64,000 nucleotides of DNA, from the NCBI GenBank assembly GCA_029858285.1, contig JAOUFN010000005.1, forward strand, positions 75,294-139,293, given 5' to 3'. The DNA is from Nitrospirota bacterium (GTDB taxonomy: Bacteria > Nitrospirota > JACRHL01). The translations under genes were made by a program, and so were the position numbers. Positions 43,464-53,912 of the stretch are shown here, one piece after another; positions within the stretch are counted from its first letter, which is position 1; each line of letters starts with the position of its first letter. The notes beneath the pieces are model-generated. The model saw only the letters and a program-made list of their open reading frames with translations. It was not told where the DNA came from and searched no databases.

Positions 43464-43670
43464 ATGAAAGCACTCTGGATTCCGGAATTGATTCTGCTGG
43501 CCGCGGTGGCCACTGGCTGCACCACAAAGCCCGGCATGATGATGGATGATCCCATGCCTGCCAACATGTCTGGAAACTCGATGGAAATGCCCATGACCGA
43601 TGCCGCGACATCGGGCGGCATGTCGGGGGGCAACATGTCCGGGGACGGCATGATGATGGACGGCAAGTAG
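43464..43670 (+). CDS. Small Met-rich lipoprotein (68 aa; the 50-aa mature peptide contains 13 Met)
   Basis: ATG at 43464 with GGAG 9 nt upstream. Sequence MKALWIPELILLAAVATGC|TTKPGMMMDDPMPANMSGNSMEMPMTDAATSGGMSGGNMSGDGMMMDGK. It is embedded as the tail of a long spurious antisense ORF. Confidence 0.45.
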   Translation: MKALWIPELILLAAVATGCTTKPGMMMDDPMPANMSGNSMEMPMTDAATSGGMSGGNMSGDGMMMDGK

Positions 43671-43706
43671 CCGCCCACCCACCCCCGGTAGGACCGAAGG
43701 GCGGGG

Positions 43707-46316
43707 TTATCCCCGCCCTTCCGCGCTCACCACGAAATTACCGTCCTTCACATCCACGGTCAGGTGGGCGCCGTCGGGTACTCCGCCACCGATCAGGGCG
43801 CGGGCAAGGGCCGTTTCCATGCGGTGCTTGATGAAGCGCTTCAACGGCCGCGCTCCGTACACTGGATCGTAGCCCTCTGTTGCCACCAGATTTTTGGCTT
43901 CCGGCGTCACCGTCAGGGTCATTTGGCGGTCGGTCAGGCGGTGGCCCACCGCCTCCAGCAGCAAGTCCACAATGTGCACTACTTCGCCGGGGGTGAGAGG
44001 TTTAAAGAGCACCACGTCGTCCAGCCGGTTCAAAAACTCCGGGCGGAAGTGTTGCCGGAGTTCGTCCATCACCTGCCGCCGGGCGTTTTCGGAGATGTGT
44101 CCCGCGTTGTCGATGCCCTCCAGCAGGTGCGGGCTGCCGATGTTGCTGGTGAGGATCACCACCGTGTTCTTGAAACTCACAGTGCGGCCGTGGCTGTCGG
44201 TCAAACGGCCATCGTCCAGCAGTTGCAGGAGGATGTTGAACACCTCCGGGTGGGCCTTTTCCACCTCGTCGAACAGCAGCACGCTGTAAGGACGGCGGCG
44301 TACCGCCTCGGTGAGTTGCCCTCCCTCTTCAAAGCCTACATAGCCGGGAGGGGCACCCACCAGCCGCGACACCGCGTGGCGCTCCATGTATTCGCTCATG
44401 TCGATGCGGATCATGGCATCCTCGCTGTCGAACAGGGACGCCGCCAGGGTGCGGGCCAGTTCGGTCTTGCCGACACCGGTGGGGCCGAGGAACAGGAACG
44501 ATCCAATGGGGCGACGCGGGTCCTTGATTCCTGCGCGGGCACGGATTACCGCGTCGGCCACCGCCCGCACCGCCTCGTCCTGCCCTACCACCCGGCGGTG
44601 CAGAATGTCGTCCAGTTTGAGCAATTTTTCCCGCTCCCCTTCCATCAGGCGGGTGACCGGGATGCCGGTCCAGCGCGCCACCACCTGGGCGATCTCCTCC
44701 TCGGTGACCTCCTCCGACAGCAGGCGTGGGCCGGTGTCCTCGTGTTGCTGGGCGGCGGCCAGTTGTTTTTGCAGTTCCGGAAGGTGCCCGTATTTCAGTT
44801 CCGCCACCTTTTCCAGGTCGTAGGCCCGCTCGGCAGTGGCGATCTCGTAGCCTACCCGCTCAATGGCGCTTTTCAGGTCGTGGACACGGCTCACCTCCGC
44901 CTTTTCCTTTTCCCACCGGGCGCGCATGGTTTTGGCCTGTTCGGACAGGTCGGCCAGTTCCCGCTGCAGGTGGCTCAGCCGCTCGGCACAGGCCGGGTCG
45001 TTCTTCTCCTTTTTGAGGGCTGCCTCCTCGATCCTGAGGCGCATCTCCCGGCGGGTGATCTCGTCCAGTTCGGCGGGCATGGAGTCGATTTCGGTGCGGA
45101 TGCCGGCGCAGGCTTCGTCTACCAGGTCGATGGCCTTGTCCGGCAGGAAACGGTCGGCGATGTAGCGATCACTCAGCCGTGCGGCGGCCACGATAGCTGC
45201 GTCCTGGATGCGCACCCCGTGGTGGACTTCGAAGCGCTCGCGCAGGCCGCGCAGGATGGAAATGGTGTCGTCCACGTCCGGGGGCACCACCAGCACCGGC
45301 TGGAAACGCCGCTCCAGGGCGGCATCCTTTTCGATGTATTTGCGGTACTCGTTGAGGGTGGTGGCGCCGATGCAGTGCAGTTCGCCCCGCGCCAGCATGG
45401 GCTTGAGCATGTTGCCTGCGTCGGTGGAACCATCGGTGCGCCCGGCGCCGACGATGGTGTGCAGTTCGTCGATGAACAGAACGATGCGCCCTTCGGCGGC
45501 CTTGATCTCGTTCAGTACTGCCTTGAGCCGCTCCTCGAACTCGCCCCGATACTTGGCGCCCGCCATCAGGGCGGTCATGTCGAGGGCAAAGATGGTGCGG
45601 TCCTTGAGTCCCTCGGGCACATCTCCTGCCACAATGCGCTGGGCCAGCCCCTCGACAATGGCAGTCTTGCCAACACCAGCCTCGCCGATGAGCACCGGGT
45701 TGTTCTTGGTCTTGCGGCTGAGCACGCGGATGGTCTGGCGGATTTCGGTATCGCGGCCGATCACCGGGTCCAGTTTGCCCTTTCTGGCTTGCTCCACCAG
45801 ATCAATGCCGTATTTTTCCAGTGCTTGGTACTGGCCTTCCGGGTTGTCGCTGGTGACCCGTTGTTGGCCGCGCACCCCGGCCACGGCTTTCAAAAACCCG
45901 TCGCGGGTGAGTCCGGCATTTTTGAGTGCCTTGCCGGTGGCGGTTTTGCCGCCCTCGGCCAGGAATGCCAGCAGGATGTGCTCCACCGAGACGTATTCAT
46001 CCCGCATGGCGCGTGCCTCATTATGGGCGGCCACCAGCAGGGCGTTGAGGCGTTGGGTGACATAGATTTTTCCCGCCTCGGTGGCGCCGCCGGTGACCTG
46101 GGGGCGCTTTTGCAGATCGGCGGCCACCGCCCCCTGCAAGGCGGCAATATCCACTTCGGTCCGGGTCAGAAGTCGCGGGGCGAGGCCATCGGCGTCCTTG
46201 AGCAGGGACAGAAACAGGTGCTCGCCGTCCACTTCCTGGTGGTGCATGGACAGGGCGGTTTCCTGTGCGCCCTGCACAGCCTCGCGGGCCTTGAGGGTGA
46301 ACTGGTTCAGATCCAT
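43707..46316 (-). CDS. clpB: Chaperone ClpB
   Basis: 869 aa. Two AAA+ modules ([15 protein letters not shown]; [15 protein letters not shown]), a middle coiled-coil, and an N-terminus [13 protein letters not shown]. Confidence 0.97.
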   Translation of the reverse strand: MDLNQFTLKAREAVQGAQETALSMHHQEVDGEHLFLSLLKDADGLAPRLLTRTEVDIAALQGAVAADLQKRPQVTGGATEAGKIYVTQRLNALLVAAHNEARAMRDEYVSVEHILLAFLAEGGKTATGKALKNAGLTRDGFLKAVAGVRGQQRVTSDNPEGQYQALEKYGIDLVEQARKGKLDPVIGRDTEIRQTIRVLSRKTKNNPVLIGEAGVGKTAIVEGLAQRIVAGDVPEGLKDRTIFALDMTALMAGAKYRGEFEERLKAVLNEIKAAEGRIVLFIDELHTIVGAGRTDGSTDAGNMLKPMLARGELHCIGATTLNEYRKYIEKDAALERRFQPVLVVPPDVDDTISILRGLRERFEVHHGVRIQDAAIVAAARLSDRYIADRFLPDKAIDLVDEACAGIRTEIDSMPAELDEITRREMRLRIEEAALKKEKNDPACAERLSHLQRELADLSEQAKTMRARWEKEKAEVSRVHDLKSAIERVGYEIATAERAYDLEKVAELKYGHLPELQKQLAAAQQHEDTGPRLLSEEVTEEEIAQVVARWTGIPVTRLMEGEREKLLKLDDILHRRVVGQDEAVRAVADAVIRARAGIKDPRRPIGSFLFLGPTGVGKTELARTLAASLFDSEDAMIRIDMSEYMERHAVSRLVGAPPGYVGFEEGGQLTEAVRRRPYSVLLFDEVEKAHPEVFNILLQLLDDGRLTDSHGRTVSFKNTVVILTSNIGSPHLLEGIDNAGHISENARRQVMDELRQHFRPEFLNRLDDVVLFKPLTPGEVVHIVDLLLEAVGHRLTDRQMTLTVTPEAKNLVATEGYDPVYGARPLKRFIKHRMETALARALIGGGVPDGAHLTVDVKDGNFVVSAEGRG

Positions 46317-46435
46317 AGGTGAACATCCATGGTTTCGCCGCCGCACGACGGGGGGTGGTTTCAAATGGGCTGCCGTCGCCCGCTGATTTATTTAAGCCAG
46401 TTTGGGTGTTTGGCAAGTCCACATCACACAACTTG

Positions 46436-46475
46436 TTGAAAAATAAAAAGGCCGCTCCCCCCGACGGGAGCGGCC
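46436..46475 (-). terminator. Rho-independent terminator downstream of hsp20
   Basis: Minus-strand stem GGCCGCTCCC-GTCGG-GGGAGCGGCC followed by TTTTTATTTTT. Confidence 0.7.
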
Positions 46476-46528
46476 ACACGGAGACCCGCTGCAAACGGCG
46501 TCGCGCAACCCATGCCACACGACGGGCT

Positions 46529-47026
46529 TCAGGCAGCCTTTTTGATTTCGACCTTGTGCACCGGCACCCGGGCCGCTTCGGCCTTGGGGAGAGTGACGGT
46601 CAGCACACCCGTTTTGAAGGTGGCGACGGCGTTCTCCACCTGGACTTCGCACGGCAGGGGGATGGTGCGCTGGAACGAGCCATAGAAGCGTTCGGTGTGG
46701 GTGTACCCCCCTTCCTCGCGCATGGTCTCCTCCGCCTTTTTCTCGCCCCGGATGGTGAGGGTGTCACCTGTGAGGGTGATGTCCAGGTCTTTTTCCTCCA
46801 TTCCCGGGAGTTCGGCGGAAACGAGCAGTTCGGTACCCTTTTCCACCATGTCCACGCGCGGAGTGAAGCCGCGCACGCTGGATTCCATGTGGTGAAGCGG
46901 CCCCATTGGCCACCCACCCCAAAAGGAGTCAAACAGCCGGTCCACCTCTTCCCGGAGCGCCAGAAGGGGTGATTCCATGGTGCGAACCGGCACCCCCCTG
47001 CGCCCAAAATGAATCAGATTGCCCAT
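46529..47026 (-). CDS. Small heat-shock protein (Hsp20/IbpA family)
   Basis: Alpha-crystallin domain (FTPRVDMVEKGTELLVSAELPGM...GVLTVTLPK). RBS GGAGG upstream of the start MGNLIHF. Confidence 0.9.
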   Translation of the reverse strand: MGNLIHFGRRGVPVRTMESPLLALREEVDRLFDSFWGGWPMGPLHHMESSVRGFTPRVDMVEKGTELLVSAELPGMEEKDLDITLTGDTLTIRGEKKAEETMREEGGYTHTERFYGSFQRTIPLPCEVQVENAVATFKTGVLTVTLPKAEAARVPVHKVEIKKAA

Positions 47027-47244
47027 GATGACCTCCACAAACGGTACGGTCGCCACCCCGAAGGGCCGGGCCAACCCCGGCGGGGGCAACGCCGATTGGA
47101 CTCTCTACTCTGTTTGTAATCCTGCTCCGGAGGTGTGTCAATGAGATCAGGGAATGAGACCGGGCGGTGGGAGGGGTATGTTGTCTGCCGGGTTTGGTGG
47201 GTCCATACTGGGACGGGACCGACAACCTTGGATGGAGGGAGATC

Positions 47245-48063
47245 ATGTCCATGAGCGTATCGAAGACATTGTCTTGGGGGGTGGCGGGTTTGGCTGCGGT
47301 TATCCTGCAAATTTCGTGGGTTAGCCCGGTTCCGGCCACCGAGATCATTAATCAGGAAATGGGCGATGTGGCCGTCAAGCTGATTGCCGCCACCACGCAT
47401 GCTTCCACTCTCGAACAGGAAATCCAGGTGTCCGGGGCGGGCAGCATGAGTTCTCCCGCTGCCACGGACGGTGGCCGGGATGCCCGCATGGAGCAGGGTG
47501 AGCACGATTTGGTACGGGAGGAGGTGTCCCCACAGGTGGCGGTTGCCTCAAAAATATCGCCGGGGGAAATCACCCCAGGCGCCCAGTCCGCACTGAAGGA
47601 ACTTGAGTCCACCATGCAGCAGGTCAAGGCCCTGTCCAAAGGCAACGAGTATCTGGACCCGGGTGTCGAACACGTTCTGGCAAACGTCCGCCGCATTGGC
47701 TCAGGAAAGGCTCTGCCCGCCGACGCCGACGTTCTTACCCAGGAAATTGCCATCGAACTTTCCGCGTTGACCAGCAACGCCCGGATTCTCCAGGCCGAGG
47801 GGTACCTGCGTTCCGCCGCAGCCTCCTTTGGCAAGGAGCCTGCCTCGAAAACCAGGGGGTATTTTGCGGCGGCTGCCGATGTTCTTGGCGATGCCCAGAT
47901 GCGGGGCGCCTATCACCTGGATGATGATATCGAAGCGGTCCAGATGACACTGGAACGTTTGTCGGGGGACGTGGCGATATCTGCCACAGTGGACTCCGCC
48001 GCGGTAGATCAACTGATCTCTGACCTGCACGCGCACCTCTCTGACCTGCGCGGGGGAGACTGA
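47245..48063 (+). CDS. Hypothetical secreted protein
   Basis: RBS GGAGGG, and a signal peptide MSMSVSKTLSWGVAGLAAVILQISWVSPVPA. No family could be assigned by eye. It is divergent from hsp20. Confidence 0.55.
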   Translation: MSMSVSKTLSWGVAGLAAVILQISWVSPVPATEIINQEMGDVAVKLIAATTHASTLEQEIQVSGAGSMSSPAATDGGRDARMEQGEHDLVREEVSPQVAVASKISPGEITPGAQSALKELESTMQQVKALSKGNEYLDPGVEHVLANVRRIGSGKALPADADVLTQEIAIELSALTSNARILQAEGYLRSAAASFGKEPASKTRGYFAAAADVLGDAQMRGAYHLDDDIEAVQMTLERLSGDVAISATVDSAAVDQLISDLHAHLSDLRGGD

Positions 48064-48121
48064 CCGGGGAAGCCCGAACGGGGGCTGGGTCACGGCGCTT
48101 TGCCGTCGTGACCCGCCGCCG

Positions 48122-49819
48122 TCAAAAATACGCCTTCAGCACATACTGCTGAAGCATGCGCTGGGTGTTGAAAAAGGATGCGTTCAGGGCGATGGTGTGG
48201 CGCATGATGTCGGTAAAGTGCTGCTGTCCGTCGGTGAACAGGGGTGCGACGTCGTTCTCCAGCCGCGTGTAGAGGTGGTCTGCGTCCGCCGCGTGGTCGG
48301 GCGCCTCGCCCATCGTGTGATTGCGACCGTTGCTGCCAATGGCCCAGCCGGTGACGCCATCGATGCATCCTTCGATCCACCAGCCGTCCAGTATCGACAG
48401 GGACGGCACGCCGTTCACCGCCGCCTTCATACCTGACGTTCCCGAAGCCTCCAGGGGCGGCTGGGGAGTGTTCAGCCATACGTCTACTCCGGCGGTCAGC
48501 AGTCGACCCAGTTCCATGTCGTAGTTGGGCAGAAACACCACCCGCACGGTGTTCTTCAGCGCCTCTGCAGCACCGAAAATTCTGCGGATGATCTCTTTTC
48601 CATCTCTGTCCGCCGGGTGCGCCTTGCCCGCAAACACCACCTGTAGCCCGCCCGCCGCGCGGCCAATGGCCGCAAGGCGCGGCAGATCCCAGAACAGCAA
48701 GTCAGGGCGCTTGTAGGGTGTCATGCGGCGGGCAAAGCCGAGGGTGAGCTGTTCGGTGGAAAACCCCACGTTGGTGAGCTGGTTCACTTGCCGCATCAGA
48801 GCGGATTTGGCCTGCTGGTGGGCGTTCCACACCTCTTTCCGGGGAATACCCAGGGCGTAGCGGAGGGAAAAACTGTCCTCGCGCCAGCCGGGAATGTGGG
48901 TGTCGAACAGGGCCGCGAATGGTGGAGACGCCCAGGTGGCCGCGTGGACGCCGTTGGTGATGGAGTCGATCACATAGTGCGCGAACAGATGGTTCGATAC
49001 TTCTCCGTGCTTCTTGGCCACGCCGTTCACGTAGCTAGACAGGTTGAGGGCAAGGAAGGTCATGTTCAACTCCCCCTCGCAACAGAAAACGTCCTTCATG
49101 TCGAATTCGCCTCGTGGCCCCAGCACCCTGGCGACCAGGTCCATGGGGTAGCGGTCGTGGCCTGCGGGCACCGCCGTGTGGGTGGTGAATACGCAATATG
49201 GCCGGACGGCGTGGATATCGGTCATATCCGGTGCCGTGCGCCCCTCGGAGCGCATGCGCTCGGTGATCAGCTCCAGTGTGAGCAGGGCTGCGTGGCCCTC
49301 GTTCATGTGGAAGCGGGCGATACCGGTGTGCCCCAGGGCTCGCAGGATGCGTACCCCGCCCATGCCCAGAACCACTTCCTGACAGAGTCGGTAGTGGGCG
49401 TCGCCGCCGTAAAGGTAGTGGGTGAGGGTGCGGTCCCAGGGGGCGTTTTCCGGCAGGTCGGTATCCAGCAGCAGGACTGGAACCTCCTGACCGGTAGTGC
49501 CGGTGGTCACATTGCGCCAGGCGCGAACCACCACGGGTCGCCCCTCCACGGTCACCGTGGCGCGGGTGGGCAGTTCATCGAGGGAGTCGGCTGGGTTCCA
49601 TTGGGCCGGTGCCTCGGTCTGCCCGCCTTCCGAGTTCAGGGTCTGGAAGAAATAGCCTGCGCGGTGCAGCAGGGTGACTGCGACCATCGGCAGGCCCAGA
49701 TCGGCGGCGGCGCGCACCGTGTCACCCGCCAGAACCCCCAGGCCACCCGCATAGGTGGGAAGATCATCCCGCAGGGCGATCTCCATGGAAAAATAGGCGA
49801 TACGCGGGGTGTCCACCAC
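48122..49819 (-). CDS. glgP: Alpha-glucan phosphorylase (GlgP/maltodextrin phosphorylase family, short form)
   Basis: [11 protein letters not shown]-terminal block and a PLP region [14 protein letters not shown] start proposed at ~49819 to avoid overlap with the DUF2934 gene. Confidence 0.85.
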   Translation of the reverse strand: MVDTPRIAYFSMEIALRDDLPTYAGGLGVLAGDTVRAAADLGLPMVAVTLLHRAGYFFQTLNSEGGQTEAPAQWNPADSLDELPTRATVTVEGRPVVVRAWRNVTTGTTGQEVPVLLLDTDLPENAPWDRTLTHYLYGGDAHYRLCQEVVLGMGGVRILRALGHTGIARFHMNEGHAALLTLELITERMRSEGRTAPDMTDIHAVRPYCVFTTHTAVPAGHDRYPMDLVARVLGPRGEFDMKDVFCCEGELNMTFLALNLSSYVNGVAKKHGEVSNHLFAHYVIDSITNGVHAATWASPPFAALFDTHIPGWREDSFSLRYALGIPRKEVWNAHQQAKSALMRQVNQLTNVGFSTEQLTLGFARRMTPYKRPDLLFWDLPRLAAIGRAAGGLQVVFAGKAHPADRDGKEIIRRIFGAAEALKNTVRVVFLPNYDMELGRLLTAGVDVWLNTPQPPLEASGTSGMKAAVNGVPSLSILDGWWIEGCIDGVTGWAIGSNGRNHTMGEAPDHAADADHLYTRLENDVAPLFTDGQQHFTDIMRHTIALNASFFNTQRMLQQYVLKAYF

Positions 49820-49844
49820 GTGTCCGGAGCCGGACACCGGGGTG

Positions 49845-50123
49845 CTATCGGGCTCCGGACAGGCGCTTGTCGACGATTGATTCGGCGCGGAACCAGTCGT
49901 CCTGCTCCGCGCCGCTGCCAAAGCCCCGTTGCTCGGCGAGCAGGTAGGCCAGTTCGGCGATCATGTTGTGGCGCTGCTCGACGCTGACGGTGGGGGTGGT
50001 TCCGCGGGCCGTCTTCGTGCGTGACGGAGCGGATGCCTTCTGGCCTGCCGCCTTTTGGGTTTCCACCGTCTGACTGGAATGATTGGCTGGTTTGCCGCGC
50101 CGGGGCTGTTCCGTACGATTCAT
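49845..50123 (-). CDS. DUF2934-family small protein
   Basis: C-terminal block [27 protein letters not shown]. Confidence 0.6.
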   Translation of the reverse strand: MNRTEQPRRGKPANHSSQTVETQKAAGQKASAPSRTKTARGTTPTVSVEQRHNMIAELAYLLAEQRGFGSGAEQDDWFRAESIVDKRLSGAR

Positions 50124-50267
50124 TGTTGTCCCTCCCGATACCACCACCGCGCAGGGGAGCGCCACCGTTTGGGGACCGCCACCCTGCGTGTGCGGTGGTC
50201 CACTGTCATTAATCCACAGGAGAGAGATAAAGGCAAGCCTCGAACAGCCGGGTTGGGACCACCTCTG

Positions 50268-51251
50268 TCAGAAGTGGGAGCGGATGATTTGGGCCAGGGC
50301 CTCAATGTGGTCGGGGCGGTCGCCCAGCGCCGGGATGTAGCGCAACTGGCCGCCCCCGGCTCGCTGGAAATGCTCTGCGGCGGTGGCGGCGATTTCCTCC
50401 AGGGTTTCCAGACAGTCGGCGGGAAAACCGGGGCAGAGGATGTCCACCGCCGACGTGCCTGCCCGCGCCAACCCGTCGAGAATCTCGTCGGTGTAAGGTT
50501 GTAACCACTCCTCGCGGCCGAAGCGGGACTGGTAGGTCTGCCGCCATTTTTCCAGGGGCAGCCCCAGTGCCTGGGCCAGTAGGTGCGCGGTGACTTCGCA
50601 TTGACCGGCATAGGGATCGCCCCGCTCCCGGAAACGCGCTGGAGTGCCGTGAAAACTCATCAGCAGCAGGTTCCCAGGGGGGCTTTCTTGCCAGGCCTCG
50701 CGCACGCTGGCGGCCAATGCCTCGATGTAGGCCGGATGGTCGTGGTAGTCGTGTACCAGCTTCACGATGGGTGCCTCTGTCCAGCCCTTTACTGCGGCCA
50801 GAATGGCATCCTGCGCACTCAGGGTGGTGGCTTGGGAGTACTGGGGGAAGAGGGGTAATGCGACCACGTTGCCGCATCCCTGGGCGACCAGTTCCCGCAG
50901 CCCGGAAGCGATGGAGGGGGTGCCGTAGCGCATGCCTACCACCACTGGCACCGGCTGGTCACGGCCGTGGGAAAGTGCCTGTGCCAGTGCGGCGGCCTGA
51001 CTGCGGGCCATCACCAGCAGGGGTGAGCCTTCGGCAGTCCAGATTTTCTGGTAGAGGGCGGCAGAGCGGGCCGGGCGGGTGCGCAGGATGCGCAGGTGCA
51101 GGATCAGCCACCACAGGGGGCGGAACACGTCCACCACGCGCCGGTCCCACAGGAACTCCGCCAAATAGGTGCGCAGGGCCTCCTGGGTAGGGGCCTCGGG
51201 CGTCCCCAGGTTAACCAGCAGCACCCCTCTGTTGCCCCGCGTCATCTGCAT
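50268..51251 (-). CDS. hemH: Ferrochelatase
   Basis: GVLLVNLGTP, PLFPQYS and MSFHGTP motifs. Confidence 0.9.
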   Translation of the reverse strand: MQMTRGNRGVLLVNLGTPEAPTQEALRTYLAEFLWDRRVVDVFRPLWWLILHLRILRTRPARSAALYQKIWTAEGSPLLVMARSQAAALAQALSHGRDQPVPVVVGMRYGTPSIASGLRELVAQGCGNVVALPLFPQYSQATTLSAQDAILAAVKGWTEAPIVKLVHDYHDHPAYIEALAASVREAWQESPPGNLLLMSFHGTPARFRERGDPYAGQCEVTAHLLAQALGLPLEKWRQTYQSRFGREEWLQPYTDEILDGLARAGTSAVDILCPGFPADCLETLEEIAATAAEHFQRAGGGQLRYIPALGDRPDHIEALAQIIRSHF

Positions 51252-51299
51252 TCCGCGTTCCCCCCGCTGAACCTTCGGCACAGTCACCGATGGCGGCGT

Positions 51300-51761
51300 T
51301 CACCCCTTGCGGCTGGTGGTTTTTTTCTTTGCCGCGACCTTTTTGGCCGCCGTCTTTTTGGTTGTGGTCTTTTTTGCGGGGGCAGACTTGCTGCCGGACG
51401 TTTTTCTGCTGGTTGGCTTTTTGGTCGCGGCCTTCTTTGCCGCAGCCTTCTTTGCCGGGGATTTTTTGGTCGCGGTTTTTTTGGCGGCTGCCTTCTTGGC
51501 GAGCTTGGCCGCCGGGCGACTGCCAGCAATCTGAATCTGGTAGTTCTCGATCACCGGGCTGGCCAGCAGTTCCTCGCACATGGCGGTGATCCGTTCGCGG
51601 GCCTGGCGCGCGTCCCGGGCGTCCAGGTCAATCTCAATGAACTTGCCGATGCGGACTTCGTTCACTCCGGCAAAGCCCAGGCTGTGAAGGGAGTGCTGCG
51701 TGGCCTTTCCCTGGGGCTCCAGCACGCCGTTCTTGAAGGTGACAGTTACGGTGGCCTTCAT
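51300..51761 (-). CDS. purS: PurS (FGAM synthase PurS subunit) fused to a ~70-aa lysine/alanine-rich histone-H1-like C-terminal tail
   Basis: The N-terminal 80 aa MKATVTVTFKNGVLEPQGKATQHSLHSLGFAGVNEVRIGKFIEID... is PurS. It runs in frame into AKLAKKAAAKKTATKKSPAKKAAAKKAATKKP...KKVAAKKKTTSRKG. Confidence 0.8.
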   Translation of the reverse strand: MKATVTVTFKNGVLEPQGKATQHSLHSLGFAGVNEVRIGKFIEIDLDARDARQARERITAMCEELLASPVIENYQIQIAGSRPAAKLAKKAAAKKTATKKSPAKKAAAKKAATKKPTSRKTSGSKSAPAKKTTTKKTAAKKVAAKKKTTSRKG

Positions 51762-51773
51762 GGTGGGGTCCTT

Positions 51774-52484
51774 CTAGATTTCACCGCACACGCGGCGGGC
51801 GACTTCGGCGTAGGATTCCTCGATCTTGCCCAGATCGCGCCGGAAACGGTCCTTGTCGAGCTTTTCGGATGTGTCCATGTCCCATAGGCGGCAAGTGTCG
51901 GGGCAAATTTCGTCGCCCAGCAGCAACTCGCCCTTGTGCATGCCGTATTCAACCTTGAAGTCCACCAGGCGGATGCGGCGTTCGACAAAAAAATCGGTGA
52001 GCAGGCGATTGATCTTGCGTGTGGTTTCGCGCATCTGCTCAAGCTGTGCCGGGGTGGCCAGCTCCAGCATGAAAATGTGCTCATCGCACAGCATCGGGTC
52101 GCCCAGGGGGTCGGACTTGTAATAGGTTTCCACGATCGGGCGCGGCAGGGTGACTCCTTCGTCCAGCCCGATGCGCTTGGCCAGGGACCCCGCGGCGACG
52201 TTGCGGCCAATCATCTCCACCTGCACAATCTTGAGGCGCTTGCAAAGCATCTCGCGGTCATTCAGGCGTTTGACAAAGTGGGTGTGGATGCCGTTTTCGC
52301 CCAACATCAGGAACAGCCGCTCGCTGATGCGGTTGTTGACCACCCCCTTGTGTTCGATGATGCCCTTCTTCTTGCCGTCGAAAGCGGTGGCCTCGTCCTT
52401 GAAATACTGAATCACCAGATCGGGATCATCGGTAGTGTAGAGAATCTTGGCCTTGCCTTCGTAAATCTTGTCGCGCTTTTCCAT
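51774..52484 (-). CDS. purC: Phosphoribosylaminoimidazole-succinocarboxamide synthase
   Basis: MEKRDKIYEGKAKILY...SAICAR synthetase blocks. Confidence 0.9.
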   Translation of the reverse strand: MEKRDKIYEGKAKILYTTDDPDLVIQYFKDEATAFDGKKKGIIEHKGVVNNRISERLFLMLGENGIHTHFVKRLNDREMLCKRLKIVQVEMIGRNVAAGSLAKRIGLDEGVTLPRPIVETYYKSDPLGDPMLCDEHIFMLELATPAQLEQMRETTRKINRLLTDFFVERRIRLVDFKVEYGMHKGELLLGDEICPDTCRLWDMDTSEKLDKDRFRRDLGKIEESYAEVARRVCGEI

Positions 52485-52582
52485 TTGAAATGCCCTGAAT
52501 CGGAGATGCAATGAACGGTTTCCCGGGGAACACGGAAACCACAAAAGTATTCCGGCAGTCGGTGGCCTCGATAACGGGGAGT

Positions 52583-53884
52583 CTATAAACGTCCAAACAC
52601 ACGGCGGTAGATTTCATCCACGTGCCGCAAATAGTAGGCGGCTTCAAAACACTTGTCCACCGCTGCCTCGGGCAGCCAGCGGCACACGTCCGGGTCGCGC
52701 TTCAGTCGCTGCTGGAAGGAGCCGCGTTCCTGCCACGCCTCCATGGCATTGCGCTGCACCCAGCGGTAGGCCTCGTCGCGGGGTGCCCCGGCCTCGGCCA
52801 GCGCCAGCAGCACCCTCTGGGAATAGACCAGACCGCCGGTCAGGTTGAGGTTGCGCTGCATCTGTTCGGGGAACAGTCCCAGGTTACCCAGGATGTGTGC
52901 CATGCGAGCCAGCATGTAGTCCAGAAGGATGCAACTGTCGGGCAGGATCACCCGCTCCACCGAAGAGTGGGAAATGTCGCGCTCGTGCCACAGTGCCACG
53001 TTTTCCAGGGCGGCCACGGCGTGACCACGTAGCAGGCGCGCCAGCCCGGAGATATTTTCGGAGCCCACCGGGTTGCGCTTGTGGGGCATGGCGGAGGAGC
53101 CTTTCTGTCCGGCCACGAAGCCCTCTTCCGCCTCCAGCACCTCGGTGCGCTGCAGGTGGCGGATTTCCACTGAGATGCGTTCCAGCGCGGCACCTATCAG
53201 GGCGATAGTCTGCACGAATTCGGCGTGACGGTCGCGGGGGACCACTTGGGTGGAGACGGGCTCGGCTTGCAGTCCGGCCATTTTGCAGATATCGGCCTCC
53301 ACATCCGGCCCCAAGTGGGCAAAATTGCCCATGGCTCCGGAGACCGCCCCCACCGCCACCCGGTCCCGAACCGCTGCCAGGCGGCGGCGGCCCCGGTCCA
53401 ACTCTGCGTACCAACTGGCGAATTTCAGGCCAAAGCTGATGGGTTCGCCGTGGATGCCGTGGGAACGTCCCACGCACGGCATGTCGCGAGTTTCCCGGGC
53501 GCGGTGGCGGATCACATCCAGCAGACCGTCCAGGTCGGCCAGTAACAAGTCGGCGGCGTCACGCATCTGCATGCCGAGGGCGGTGTCCAGCACGTCGGAA
53601 CTGGTCAGGCCCCAGTGCATCCACTGGCGCACCCCTTCGGACAGGTTCTCGGTGACCGAGGTGACGAAGGCGATCACGTCGTGGCGGGTGGTGGCCTCAA
53701 TCTCGGCGACACGCGCCACGTTGATGGTGGCCTTCTGTTCCACCTCTTCGACGATGCCGTCAGGGACGATGCCGCGCTGGTTTAGAGCCTTCAGGGCATA
53801 CAGTTCGACCTTGAGCATGTAGCGGAAGCGGGCCTCTTCGGACCACAGGCGTCCCATGCGGGGCCGGGTATAGCGTTCGATCAT
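52583..53884 (-). CDS. purB: Adenylosuccinate lyase
   Basis: 433 aa. Fumarase/ASL family signature GSSAMPHKRNP. Confidence 0.95.
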   Translation of the reverse strand: MIERYTRPRMGRLWSEEARFRYMLKVELYALKALNQRGIVPDGIVEEVEQKATINVARVAEIEATTRHDVIAFVTSVTENLSEGVRQWMHWGLTSSDVLDTALGMQMRDAADLLLADLDGLLDVIRHRARETRDMPCVGRSHGIHGEPISFGLKFASWYAELDRGRRRLAAVRDRVAVGAVSGAMGNFAHLGPDVEADICKMAGLQAEPVSTQVVPRDRHAEFVQTIALIGAALERISVEIRHLQRTEVLEAEEGFVAGQKGSSAMPHKRNPVGSENISGLARLLRGHAVAALENVALWHERDISHSSVERVILPDSCILLDYMLARMAHILGNLGLFPEQMQRNLNLTGGLVYSQRVLLALAEAGAPRDEAYRWVQRNAMEAWQERGSFQQRLKRDPDVCRWLPEAAVDKCFEAAYYLRHVDEIYRRVFGRL

Positions 53885-53912
53885 GGCGCTCTCCCTCGGA
53901 CAAAAACAGGGG

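Noticed and set aside
46317-46435. Sigma-32 promoter upstream of clpB
   Set aside because: TTGAAA is present. The CCCCATNT -10 at the correct 13-17 bp spacing is not, so only a weak partial match exists and nothing is reported as a feature.
43707-48063. Heat-resistance island (LHR/ClpK-type) suggested by clpB, hsp20 and a secreted protein
   Set aside because: The ClpB here is canonical (869 aa, housekeeping N-terminus). LHR hallmark genes (a second sHsp, hdeD, kefB, psiE, trx) are absent, and the flanks are ordinary metabolism genes. This is the normal clpB/ibpA neighbourhood, not a mobile island.
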